DNA of 44,810 nt, taken from contig JACCLH010000009.1 in assembly GCA_013425375.1 (NCBI GenBank), positions 1 to 44,810 on the forward strand. Direction: 5' to 3'. The notes beneath the pieces are model-generated. The model was not told the DNA's origin, searched no databases, and saw nothing but the letters and a program-made list of their open reading frames with translations. The position numbers were made by a program, and so were the translations under genes. The stretch is from Candidatus Micrarchaeota archaeon. GTDB taxonomy: Archaea; Micrarchaeota; Micrarchaeia; Anstonellales; Bilamarchaeaceae. Shown here piece by piece: positions 25,411 through 33,326 of the stretch; position 1 is the first letter of the stretch, and each line of letters starts with the position of its first letter.

Positions 25411-25887
25411 TCAGTTCCTAACGGTAGCGACCATGACCTCTTTGGCCGTTGCATGGAGCTCCGCTCCATGGCTGTCAGGAACCCTTTGGGTTCCTGCCAT
25501 GCTGCCAATCATCCTCAGCCTGGGCTTTGAATCAGTCGCCCTGGTGTAGAGGACTCCGTGCCATTCCCTCAGGCCGAACTTCTCGTCGAGCAGCCCGATG
25601 ACCTTGTCCTTGTCAAAAGGCTTGCACGAGTAGAGGTCGAAGTATATCTCGTTGGTGTCAGAGAAGAAGTGCAGCGAGCAGTGGCTCGTCGTTATCATCT
25701 GCACATAGCTCTGGCCAGGGAAATCGAGATCCTCCGCATCAGCCCAGTTGAGCGGCCCTAACGGCTTCATGTCGATGGCTGCGAGTAGTTTGTCCACAAA
25801 ACGCTGAGCATCGTCCCGCGGCAACGCCTTGAAAGACGGATCGACCCGAGCGTTCACCGTTATGTGTATGTGTTCGAGTTTCGACAT
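25411..25887 (-). CDS. S-adenosylmethionine decarboxylase-family pyruvoyl proenzyme
   Basis: ITTSHCSLHFF....EIYFDLYSCKPFD matches the SH.S.H....D...C AdoMetDC pattern; likely start MSKLEH. Confidence 0.8.
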   Translation of the reverse strand: MSKLEHIHITVNARVDPSFKALPRDDAQRFVDKLLAAIDMKPLGPLNWADAEDLDFPGQSYVQMITTSHCSLHFFSDTNEIYFDLYSCKPFDKDKVIGLLDEKFGLREWHGVLYTRATDSKPRLRMIGSMAGTQRVPDSHGAELHATAKEVMVATVRN

Positions 25888-26069
25888 TTTACATCTTGGA
25901 AATCTTTTTTCCACTAAATGTTTAAAAGGTTATTCCCCGGGTTTGCGTTTCCTGCCGGAATTTTTCGTTTGCATGCGCTCGCGCGGGCGTTTTCTCCGCA
26001 ATCTTTATATATCATGGATGCCTATCTCTCTTACGGGCTCGCGGCTCGTTTTCTAGAGAGGGGAGGATT

Positions 26070-26882
26070 ATGGAACCAGAGGTAGTGCCAGCCATACTGG
26101 TGAAGACAAGGAGCGACCTTATCCGTAGCATCTCCCAGGTCCGCGGTCTTTCCAAGGAGATCCAGATAGATATCATGGATGGCAGGTTCGTTCCAAACAC
26201 AACTGTCGGCATAGAAGACCTGAAAGACCTTCCCGAAGCCCGTTACGAATTCCATTGGATGGTCAACGAGCCCGAACGGTGGATAGTGCAGGTTCCCGGT
26301 CCACATATGCACCTTGTCCACATAGAAGCTGTGAAATCCTTCGAAGCAGTGGAGCAGGCCGTGAAGAAATCCGGCGGAAAGCTCGGTATCGCGATAAATC
26401 CCGAGACCTCACTTGAACTCGCGCTTCGTCTTGTTCCGAAAGCAGAACGTGTCCTCATCATGACCGTCCATCCCGGCTTCTCAGGCCAGAGCTACATCCG
26501 CGAGATGTGCGGCAAGATAAGACGCCTCCGCAAGCTCTATCCGAAGCTGGATATCGAGGTGGACGGCGGCATCAACAACGAGACCGCAGCCCATGCGTAT
26601 TCCTGCGGCGCGAACATCCTCGCGGCCGCAAGCGCCATATTCGCAGCGAAAGATGCCAAAAAAGCGATTGCTGGACTCATCAAAAGCGCGAAAAGCGGTG
26701 CTGATGCGAAACACGGCACAAACACAAAACACAAAGCGAGCGATGCGCGCGCAAAACACCGAACGAGTAACGCTGGTGGCGCGAGTGGTAGTGTAAGTAG
26801 TGGTGTTGTTGGCGCGAGACGTACGGATGTTGCTGGTGACGCGAAACGCGCGAGCGCTGGTATCGGTGGTTCGCATGCATAA
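26070..26882 (+). CDS. rpe: Ribulose-phosphate 3-epimerase with low-complexity C-terminal extension
   Basis: QIDIMDGRFVPNTT, GIAINPET, MTVHPGFSGQ, IEVDGGIN; SD GGAGG. Confidence 0.93.
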   Translation: MEPEVVPAILVKTRSDLIRSISQVRGLSKEIQIDIMDGRFVPNTTVGIEDLKDLPEARYEFHWMVNEPERWIVQVPGPHMHLVHIEAVKSFEAVEQAVKKSGGKLGIAINPETSLELALRLVPKAERVLIMTVHPGFSGQSYIREMCGKIRRLRKLYPKLDIEVDGGINNETAAHAYSCGANILAAASAIFAAKDAKKAIAGLIKSAKSGADAKHGTNTKHKASDARAKHRTSNAGGASGSVSSGVVGARRTDVAGDAKRASAGIGGSHA

Positions 26883-27723
26883 GCTTGAAGACATAAACTC
26901 GTTGAAGTCCATGGCCAATACCATCCGCCAGGACATCATCCGCATGCTTGTGGAATCGAAGAGCGGTCATCCTGCTGGCTCACTAGGCCTAGCCGACATC
27001 TTCACCTCATTATATTTCAATATCCTGAAGCACGACCCGAAGAAGCCCCATTGGGAGGACCGCGACCGCCTTGTCCTTTCCAACGGCCACGTCTGCCCGG
27101 TCCTCTACGCTTCTCTTGCGAATGCAGGCTATTTCCCGAAAGAGCAGCTCATGACCCTACGCAAGCTCGGCTCACCATTGCAGGGCCACCCGCACAAAGG
27201 TTCCCTGCCCGGGATAGAAAACTCTTCAGGCCCGCTCGGCCAGGGGATATCCATGGCCGTCGGCATGGCGCTCGTGGGCAAGCGTGAAGGCAGGAAATGG
27301 CGCGTTTATGCAATCACAGGGGATGGAGAGCACAACGAAGGCCAGGTCTGGGAAGCGCTGCTCCTCGCATACAAGTACAAACTTGACAATCTGGTTGTGG
27401 TCGTAGACCGCAACAGCATCCAGATAGACGGCACCACCGAAGATGTCCTTCCGCTGGAGCCATTCTCTGACAAATACCGCGCATTCGGATGGAACGTCAT
27501 AGAAGTGGACGGCAATGACATGAGATTGGTGGTCGACGCGTTCAATTCCATTCCCGCCAATGAAAAACCCACAGCCATAATCGCTGATACGGTGCCTGGT
27601 AAGGGCGTCTCATTCATGGAAGGGCAATACGGCTGGCATGGCAAGGCCCCGAACAAGGATGAAAGCGAGAAGGCCATCGCGGAACTGCTGGTTGCAAGGA
27701 AGGCCATGGAGGAATCACCATGA
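26875..27723 (+). CDS. tktA: Transketolase, N-terminal (ThDP-binding) subunit
   Basis: SGHPAGSLG, DRLVLSNGH, LQGHP, GPLGQG, GDGEHNEGQVWE, GKGVSFME. Confidence 0.95.
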   Translation: MHKLEDINSLKSMANTIRQDIIRMLVESKSGHPAGSLGLADIFTSLYFNILKHDPKKPHWEDRDRLVLSNGHVCPVLYASLANAGYFPKEQLMTLRKLGSPLQGHPHKGSLPGIENSSGPLGQGISMAVGMALVGKREGRKWRVYAITGDGEHNEGQVWEALLLAYKYKLDNLVVVVDRNSIQIDGTTEDVLPLEPFSDKYRAFGWNVIEVDGNDMRLVVDAFNSIPANEKPTAIIADTVPGKGVSFMEGQYGWHGKAPNKDESEKAIAELLVARKAMEESP

Positions 27724-28772
27724 CAGATATGCACCTTGTCCCAGACCTGTTCGGAGCTGCGATAACCAAGAAGGCCAGCCGTGATGGTTTCGGAAAAGCG
27801 TTGCTTGAGCTTGGCGAGAAAGACCCCAACATCTGGGCAGTCTCTGCAGACGTTTCAGAGTCCACACGCACGCACTGGTTCGCAGAGAAGTTCCCGCAAA
27901 GGTTCGTGCAGGTCGGTGTCGCAGAGCAGAACATGGCCGGCGTGGCTGCAGGCATAGCCTCCTGCGGCAAGCTGGCATTCATATCAGCTTTCGGCGCATT
28001 CTCGCCCGGCAGGAATTTCGATCAGATACGCGTCTCTGTATGCTACAATGATTCCAATGTCAAGATACATGCATCTCATGCAGGCCTGAGCGTAGGTCCT
28101 GACGGTGCTTCGCACCAGATGCTTGAGGATATAGCCATGATGCGCTCCCTTCCGAACATGATGGTGATTGTTCCTTGCGATATGGAGGAAGCGAAGAAAG
28201 CGACACTCGAAACCGCAAAACACAAAACCCCGGCATATATCCGCACCTCCCGCGAGAACTCGCCCGTATTCACCACACCACAAACTCCGTTCGAGCTCGG
28301 AAAGGCGAACGTTTACAGGGACGGGAAGGATGTCGCCATATTCGCATGCGGATTGCAGGTCTATGAGGCGTTGAAGGCCGCTGAAGAACTCAAGAAGAAA
28401 GGGATTGATGCGGCAGTCATAGACATGCACACGATAAAGCCGATAGACAGCACCATTATCACCCAATACGCGAGAAAGTGTGGTGTTGTTGTTTCGGTAG
28501 AGGACCACCAGATAATTGGGGGGTTAGGAAGCGCGATAGCAGAAGTTTTATGTGAGAAATGCCCGACTCATCTAGTTCGGGTCGGTATGAAGGATTCTTT
28601 CGGCGAGTCTGGGAGTGCTTTTGATTTGTTCAAGAAGTACGGACTTGATGCTGCTGGGATAGTGAAAGCGGCTGAAGAAGCCGTGAAAATGAAAGCTGGG
28701 GGATTTGGATTGTTTAAAGGAAGTTTGGGAAGATTCTCGAAAGAAGATGAACTGCATCTTGATATTGAATGA
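27720..28772 (+). CDS. tktB: Transketolase, C-terminal subunit
   Basis: VGVAEQNM, GPDGASHQ, TIKPID, VEDHQIIGGLGSAIAE, FGESG; ATGA overlap with the upstream subunit. Confidence 0.95.
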   Translation: MTDMHLVPDLFGAAITKKASRDGFGKALLELGEKDPNIWAVSADVSESTRTHWFAEKFPQRFVQVGVAEQNMAGVAAGIASCGKLAFISAFGAFSPGRNFDQIRVSVCYNDSNVKIHASHAGLSVGPDGASHQMLEDIAMMRSLPNMMVIVPCDMEEAKKATLETAKHKTPAYIRTSRENSPVFTTPQTPFELGKANVYRDGKDVAIFACGLQVYEALKAAEELKKKGIDAAVIDMHTIKPIDSTIITQYARKCGVVVSVEDHQIIGGLGSAIAEVLCEKCPTHLVRVGMKDSFGESGSAFDLFKKYGLDAAGIVKAAEEAVKMKAGGFGLFKGSLGRFSKEDELHLDIE

Positions 28773-28775
28773 AAG

Positions 28776-28840
28776 GTGATGTTATGAAATTCTTCATGGA
28801 CACAATGGATGTTGGAACTGTGAAGATTAAGGAGGGATGA
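28776..28840 (+). repeat. Decayed duplicate of the transaldolase 5' end (direct repeat of 29205-29232)
   Basis: GTGATGTTATGAAATTCTTCATGGACAC (28776-28803) vs GTGATGTTATGAAATTCTTTATGGACAC (29205-29232), 27/28 identical. Encodes MKFFMDTMDVGTVKIKEG*. Confidence 0.85.
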
Positions 28841-28841
28841 T

Positions 28842-29189
28842 ATGGCACTGCCAGATTTATGCTATGCTTCGAGGGAATTCGCCCTTAGAACCTCCATCAT
28901 TATATTCGTTCTGGCCGTACTCATTTTCGTTTATTCCTGGCTTCTCTCAAAAATTAAAAAAGATAAAAATGCCATAAAGAAAAACACACTTTTAATGTCC
29001 GCTCTGGTTATCCTATCTCTGCTATTCTTCATCCTTTTCTATCTGGCGGCGCCTTACATTGAGGCAGGACTTCTAGGCGTCTCTGTCGAATCCCGAATAG
29101 AAGTGTGCAGCCATCCCACAGTAATCCCGCCCTCCTGCAGCGAGCAATGCCCAATAGCCTCAGAGAACTGTACCTGTATTCAATATTAA
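28842..29189 (+). CDS. Hypothetical 2-TM membrane protein with Cys-rich C-terminus
   Basis: Two hydrophobic helices around a Lys-rich loop; own SD (GGAGG); visibly AT-rich. Confidence 0.7.
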   Translation: MALPDLCYASREFALRTSIIIFVLAVLIFVYSWLLSKIKKDKNAIKKNTLLMSALVILSLLFFILFYLAAPYIEAGLLGVSVESRIEVCSHPTVIPPSCSEQCPIASENCTCIQY

Positions 29190-29212
29190 TCCTACCAACC
29201 AGATGTGATGTT

Positions 29213-29857
29213 ATGAAATTCTTTATGGACACGGCGGATGTGGAATCGATAAGGAAGGCAGTGGACTTGGGTCTGTGCGATGGGGTTACAACTAATCCCA
29301 GCCTCATCATGAAGTCCGGCAAGGACCAGAAGACAGTCATCAAGGAAATCGCCAAAATCGTCAAAGGCCCCATCTCAGTTGAAGGCGTGGCCGAGGATGC
29401 CGCAGGCATGGTCAAGGAAGGCGAGGAGTTTGCCAAATGGGCTCCGAATGTCGTTGTCAAAATCCCTATGACCCGGGAAGGCATGCGAGCCGTCCGCATG
29501 CTCTCGGAAAAGGACATCAAGACCAATGTAACCCTTGTTTTCTCAGCCAGCCAAGCCCTTCTGGCAGCAAAAGCAGGGGCCACCTATGTCTCGCCATTCG
29601 TGGGCAGATTGGACGACGTCTCGCAGGATGGCATGGCTCTGATAGAAGAGATTATGGACATCTTCACGAATTATGAAATCAAGACAGAAGTGATAGTCGC
29701 CTCCACCCGCCACCCAATCCATGTGGTGCAATCAGCCCGACTGGGAGCCCACATCGCCACAATGCCCGCAGAGGTCTTCGAGAAGATGTTCAGGCACCCG
29801 CTCACCGACAAAGGCATAGCCCAATTTAAAGAGGATTATGCAAAGTCAAAGAAGTAG
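29213..29857 (+). CDS. tal: Transaldolase (short TalC/Fsa type)
   Basis: [18 protein letters not shown], Schiff-base [32 protein letters not shown]. Confidence 0.95.
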   Translation: MKFFMDTADVESIRKAVDLGLCDGVTTNPSLIMKSGKDQKTVIKEIAKIVKGPISVEGVAEDAAGMVKEGEEFAKWAPNVVVKIPMTREGMRAVRMLSEKDIKTNVTLVFSASQALLAAKAGATYVSPFVGRLDDVSQDGMALIEEIMDIFTNYEIKTEVIVASTRHPIHVVQSARLGAHIATMPAEVFEKMFRHPLTDKGIAQFKEDYAKSKK

Positions 29858-29874
29858 TTCGAGGTGGGGTTTAT

Positions 29875-30273
29875 ATGAAAGAAGCTATTCCGCTCACTTG
29901 GAGAAGGATACCTGAGCGCTACAGGATGCTCGGCGTCAGGTGCGAGACCTGCAAGACGCCATACTTCCCGAAGCGCTCCATATGCCCGAAATGCAGGCGC
30001 AAGGGCAAGCTCATCGAAGTCCAGTTCTCAGGCAATGGCAAGGTATTCTCATTCACAGAGGTCACCGCACCTCCAGAGGGCTTTGAGGACCAGGTCCCCT
30101 ACATCCTGGCTGTCATAGAGCTGGACGAGGGCGCAAGGCTCACTGGCCAGATTGTGGATGCCCACAAGAGCGATGTGAAAATCGGTTCCAGGGTGGAGCA
30201 GGTGTTCCGCGTCATCCAGCGCGACGACCCTGAAGGCCTGGTCCACTACGGCTTCAAATTCAGACTGTGTTGA
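29875..30273 (+). CDS. DUF35 Zn-ribbon/OB-fold protein (thiolase partner)
   Basis: CETC...FPKRSICPKC rubredoxin-like ribbon, OB-fold, C-terminal YGFKFR. Confidence 0.92.
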   Translation: MKEAIPLTWRRIPERYRMLGVRCETCKTPYFPKRSICPKCRRKGKLIEVQFSGNGKVFSFTEVTAPPEGFEDQVPYILAVIELDEGARLTGQIVDAHKSDVKIGSRVEQVFRVIQRDDPEGLVHYGFKFRLC

Positions 30274-30274
30274 C

Positions 30275-31039
30275 ATGGCCCCGGTGGATGTCGTTGCTTT
30301 CAGTCTTCTTTTCCCCATGGCCGCAGCTCTAACCGGCGTCTACCTGATTCTACGTGGGGCAGGTCGTTTCACCAAATCCAGGCACTCCATCATCTGCGGT
30401 AAGGTGAAGTACAAAAAAACAGTGAAAAGCCTGGCCACAGGCCGCGACTGCGCTTTTTTCTACACTCTGATAGAATCCTACAGTAGAGGCCGTTGGCATC
30501 CAATCTACTTTATCAAGCAGGAAACGTCTTTCATGCTCGGCAGCAGACCTGTGGAAGAAGGGGTCGCATATCTTAATCTATCAAAACCAACCATCATCCA
30601 TGGGACCATTCCTCACGAAAAGAAACTTGTTGAAAAGTCCATGGAATCGCTCCAAAACAGTATCGCCTACCGCCCTGTTTCAGCCGCTCTTTCCATATTG
30701 GGCCGCAATGAGCCTGTTTATCAACCTCTGGACATTTCGATAATGGGCAGGTTGCAGAGCAATCCTAGAATAAAAGCCGTGCTCAAACACCACAATGCCA
30801 GGCTCCTCAGGATAACCGAGCATGTCCTCAGTGAAGGCATGGAAATCTGCGCCATCGCAGAGGCTGGGGACACCGGTCCCATCAAAGGCACAACAGAATT
30901 CCCGCTTATTCTCTCTGACATGAAACCAGAGGATGCTGTAGATTCCCTGAAAGAGCGAAGCTTGCTGAGCATCTTCTCAGGCGGAGCCCTCCTAATAATC
31001 TCAGCGCTGCTCCTTGCTTCCCTTATTTTCCAGGTCTAG
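30275..31039 (+). CDS. Membrane protein with GIDE-like domain
   Basis: TM - (G.V...KS..TG..C.F....IE.Y...W ... R.TE..L..G..I.A ... P.ILSD..PE) - TM layout resembles prokaryotic GIDE-domain proteins. Confidence 0.5.
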   Translation: MAPVDVVAFSLLFPMAAALTGVYLILRGAGRFTKSRHSIICGKVKYKKTVKSLATGRDCAFFYTLIESYSRGRWHPIYFIKQETSFMLGSRPVEEGVAYLNLSKPTIIHGTIPHEKKLVEKSMESLQNSIAYRPVSAALSILGRNEPVYQPLDISIMGRLQSNPRIKAVLKHHNARLLRITEHVLSEGMEICAIAEAGDTGPIKGTTEFPLILSDMKPEDAVDSLKERSLLSIFSGGALLIISALLLASLIFQV

Positions 31040-31450
31040 CTTTCGCATCCATTCCGCGTTCCTACTAAGTTTCTGCCGTTTCGCGTCTTCCAGCGAAAGC
31101 CACCTGAATCCCGAGAACTCTGCAGAAGGTTTCGCGGTCCGGTTCTTGGCTGTCACCTTGAAAACAAGCACCGGCACCCAGTTCTTCCTCCTCCTGAATC
31201 CTGCATTATGCCTTCCCTCAAGGACTATTTCATGGAACTCGCCATCTATGCCTGTCATCCTTTGGAAAGCCTCTTTTATATCTGCGAAAGGGCTTCGTCC
31301 AGATGGTACGAGCACAGAGGGCATTTCAATGCGTTCAATCCCGTTCGCGTCCTTCCGCACCAGGAACAGCATCCGTCCGCCATCCTCAAGCATGGCGCAT
31401 GCCAGCGCCTTGGGCAATGGCGTTCCGGTCGGAATCTTCCTTCTGCCCAT
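31001..31450 (-). CDS. Nudix-fold protein with degenerate Nudix box
   Basis: GRMLFLVR...IEMPSVLVPSGRSPFADIKEAFQRMTG in place of LPGG....GE....A..RE..EETG; C-terminal EF..FRWLS.E.A. Confidence 0.65.
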   Translation of the reverse strand: MGRRKIPTGTPLPKALACAMLEDGGRMLFLVRKDANGIERIEMPSVLVPSGRSPFADIKEAFQRMTGIDGEFHEIVLEGRHNAGFRRRKNWVPVLVFKVTAKNRTAKPSAEFSGFRWLSLEDAKRQKLSRNAEWMRKLDLENKGSKEQR

Positions 31451-31454
31451 GGCT

Positions 31455-31910
31455 TCACTCCTTAGTGATGTTCCGGAAGGCTATCATGCTTTCGGTCTGC
31501 GCTATTTCGTCGAAAGTGCGCAGGTATTTCAAAACAAACTGGTCCAGGTCGTCGATATCAGCGACCCTCACCTTTATCATGATGTCGAATGGGCCAGTTA
31601 TCGCTGAGCCGTCCTCTACTTCAGCATGCTTCATCAGTTTCTCTAGAAGTGCGATATGATCGCTTTTCGGTGCCGCCTTTATCAGCACGTGCGCGACAAG
31701 TCTTTTCCCAAGCTTTGCCTTATCGATGATAATGGTGTATCTCCTGATTATGCCCTCTCTTTTCAGCCGCTTGAGCCTGTGATGGACAGTCGCTATGGGT
31801 ATGCTGGTCTTGCGGGCGATTTTCTGAATAGAGAGCGAAGAATCCTCTTTCAGCGTTTCGAGTATCGCCAGGTCTTTCTCGTCTATATTTTTCTCACTTA
31901 TTTCAACCAT
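31455..31910 (-). CDS. Lrp/AsnC family transcriptional regulator
   Basis: IDEKDLAILETLKEDS...IA......TVHHRLKRL..EGII HTH; RAM domain ITGPFDI. Confidence 0.95.
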   Translation of the reverse strand: MVEISEKNIDEKDLAILETLKEDSSLSIQKIARKTSIPIATVHHRLKRLKREGIIRRYTIIIDKAKLGKRLVAHVLIKAAPKSDHIALLEKLMKHAEVEDGSAITGPFDIMIKVRVADIDDLDQFVLKYLRTFDEIAQTESMIAFRNITKE

Positions 31911-32038
31911 GTTGAATGCTTATTCAATAAACCTTAAAAATGTGGCTATTTTTTGTACAAATAGGTGGGTTTCAATGGAATAGGTTTATATATCTCTCTT
32001 TCGCGGCTATGCCTCACGAACCATATGAGGTGATAGAC

Positions 32039-32377
32039 ATGGAACCGAAAATGAAAGTGCGGCCGTTTGTTGACGGCAGGATAGGAAGGATACCGCAGGG
32101 TCTCGTGCGCCTGTTCAGGCGCCTCAAGGAGCGGGAGCTGTTCGACCGATGGCAGAGCTCCAAGACAAAAAAAGACGAGACTGTGGGCAAGAAGGCAGAG
32201 CTTGAGCTCAGGCGCAAAACAGAGGGGGACAAAGACTACCAGTTTGTCCGGAAGGAACGGCGCGAAGAGCGCGAGCGCATCAGGCTAGCTGAAAGATTCC
32301 GCAGATTCCTGGAAACCTACTTCCAGAAGAGCGCATTGCAGCTTGAGGGCATATTGAAAGGAAGTGGGGGCACATGA
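32039..32377 (+). CDS. Hypothetical charged helical protein
   Basis: SD GAGGTGA 4 nt before ATG 32039; TATA TTTATATA upstream; ATGA overlap with the next gene. Confidence 0.6.
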   Translation: MEPKMKVRPFVDGRIGRIPQGLVRLFRRLKERELFDRWQSSKTKKDETVGKKAELELRRKTEGDKDYQFVRKERREERERIRLAERFRRFLETYFQKSALQLEGILKGSGGT

Positions 32378-33324
32378 AAATCCGCCATAATCAGGCACCC
32401 AGCCACTCTCAACCGAAAGATCGCTTCCGCTCAGCGTGCACAGTGATGTTCGACACCATCACGATGCCTTCCGCCGCCAAGACCTTACAGCTTTATGGCC
32501 TCGATAAGGTTCATGGCCCAACCAAGAAGCTATGCGACAGGAGCGAAGCCTTTGTGAAGTCGCATGGCTGTCCCGGCATGCTCATAGGTGCATTCGGATG
32601 GGTGCCAATAAAGTTCGATTTGGCCCAGCTCGGAGCGTATCTCTCGAGCAAGCTTGCGGCGCGAGGCGTAGGAGATCTGTTGTCAGACGCCATCGGCTAC
32701 ACGATTGCATGCGTACATCCGTCCATCATGTCGCTCGCAGTCAAGAAACTGGTAGGCGTAAAGGACAGCGGCATCGGGATTCCAAGGTACCTAGAAGCCG
32801 CGGCGGTAGCCGAAATCCCAGCTTTACTGGTGTTCATCACGACGTTCAGCGCAGTGGTACACTCAGGCGTTTCACCACTCGTCAGCATGGGAAGAGCTGT
32901 TTGTGCCGCAGTGGCTTCCACTCTGCTGGCTTCTTCGATATGGCCTTTTGTTTTTGCCCCATACTGGGCCAAGTACGTGCGTGCTGAGAGCTCGGCCAGT
33001 GTGTTTGATGCGCTCAAAGAATTCGGCAGAGGCTGGGTTTCGGGCATTACGCCATGGAAACGCAAAACCACTGAAACCGCTTATGAGGAGGCAGGAGCGA
33101 TAACCGGCACGGGCTTCTTCATATTTGTCATCCCATGGTGTATCGTCAGGACAATCTCCGCGGCATCCGTAGCCTTGGTCGGCACATCACAAGAAGACTT
33201 CAGCCGCACGTTCTTCTCGGCCATGGCCGGCCTCGAATGGCTGGGTGTCCTCCTTTCCAGTGTGGAGCTCTCGATAGTGGAAGGGATAATAAAAAGGCGG
33301 AATGGGGAGGCCAGTCCTCCCTAG
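32374..33324 (+). CDS. Hypothetical polytopic membrane protein
   Basis: 316 aa ORF with several hydrophobic segments; coupled to the upstream gene; no family recognised. Confidence 0.6.
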   Translation: MKIRHNQAPSHSQPKDRFRSACTVMFDTITMPSAAKTLQLYGLDKVHGPTKKLCDRSEAFVKSHGCPGMLIGAFGWVPIKFDLAQLGAYLSSKLAARGVGDLLSDAIGYTIACVHPSIMSLAVKKLVGVKDSGIGIPRYLEAAAVAEIPALLVFITTFSAVVHSGVSPLVSMGRAVCAAVASTLLASSIWPFVFAPYWAKYVRAESSASVFDALKEFGRGWVSGITPWKRKTTETAYEEAGAITGTGFFIFVIPWCIVRTISAASVALVGTSQEDFSRTFFSAMAGLEWLGVLLSSVELSIVEGIIKRRNGEASPP

Positions 33325-33326
33325 TT

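Noticed and set aside
26021..26066. Hairpin sequestering the rpe Shine-Dalgarno (riboswitch-like)
   Set aside because: The TATA box at 26004-26011 implies a start near 26034, so the 5' arm (26021-26031) is probably not transcribed.
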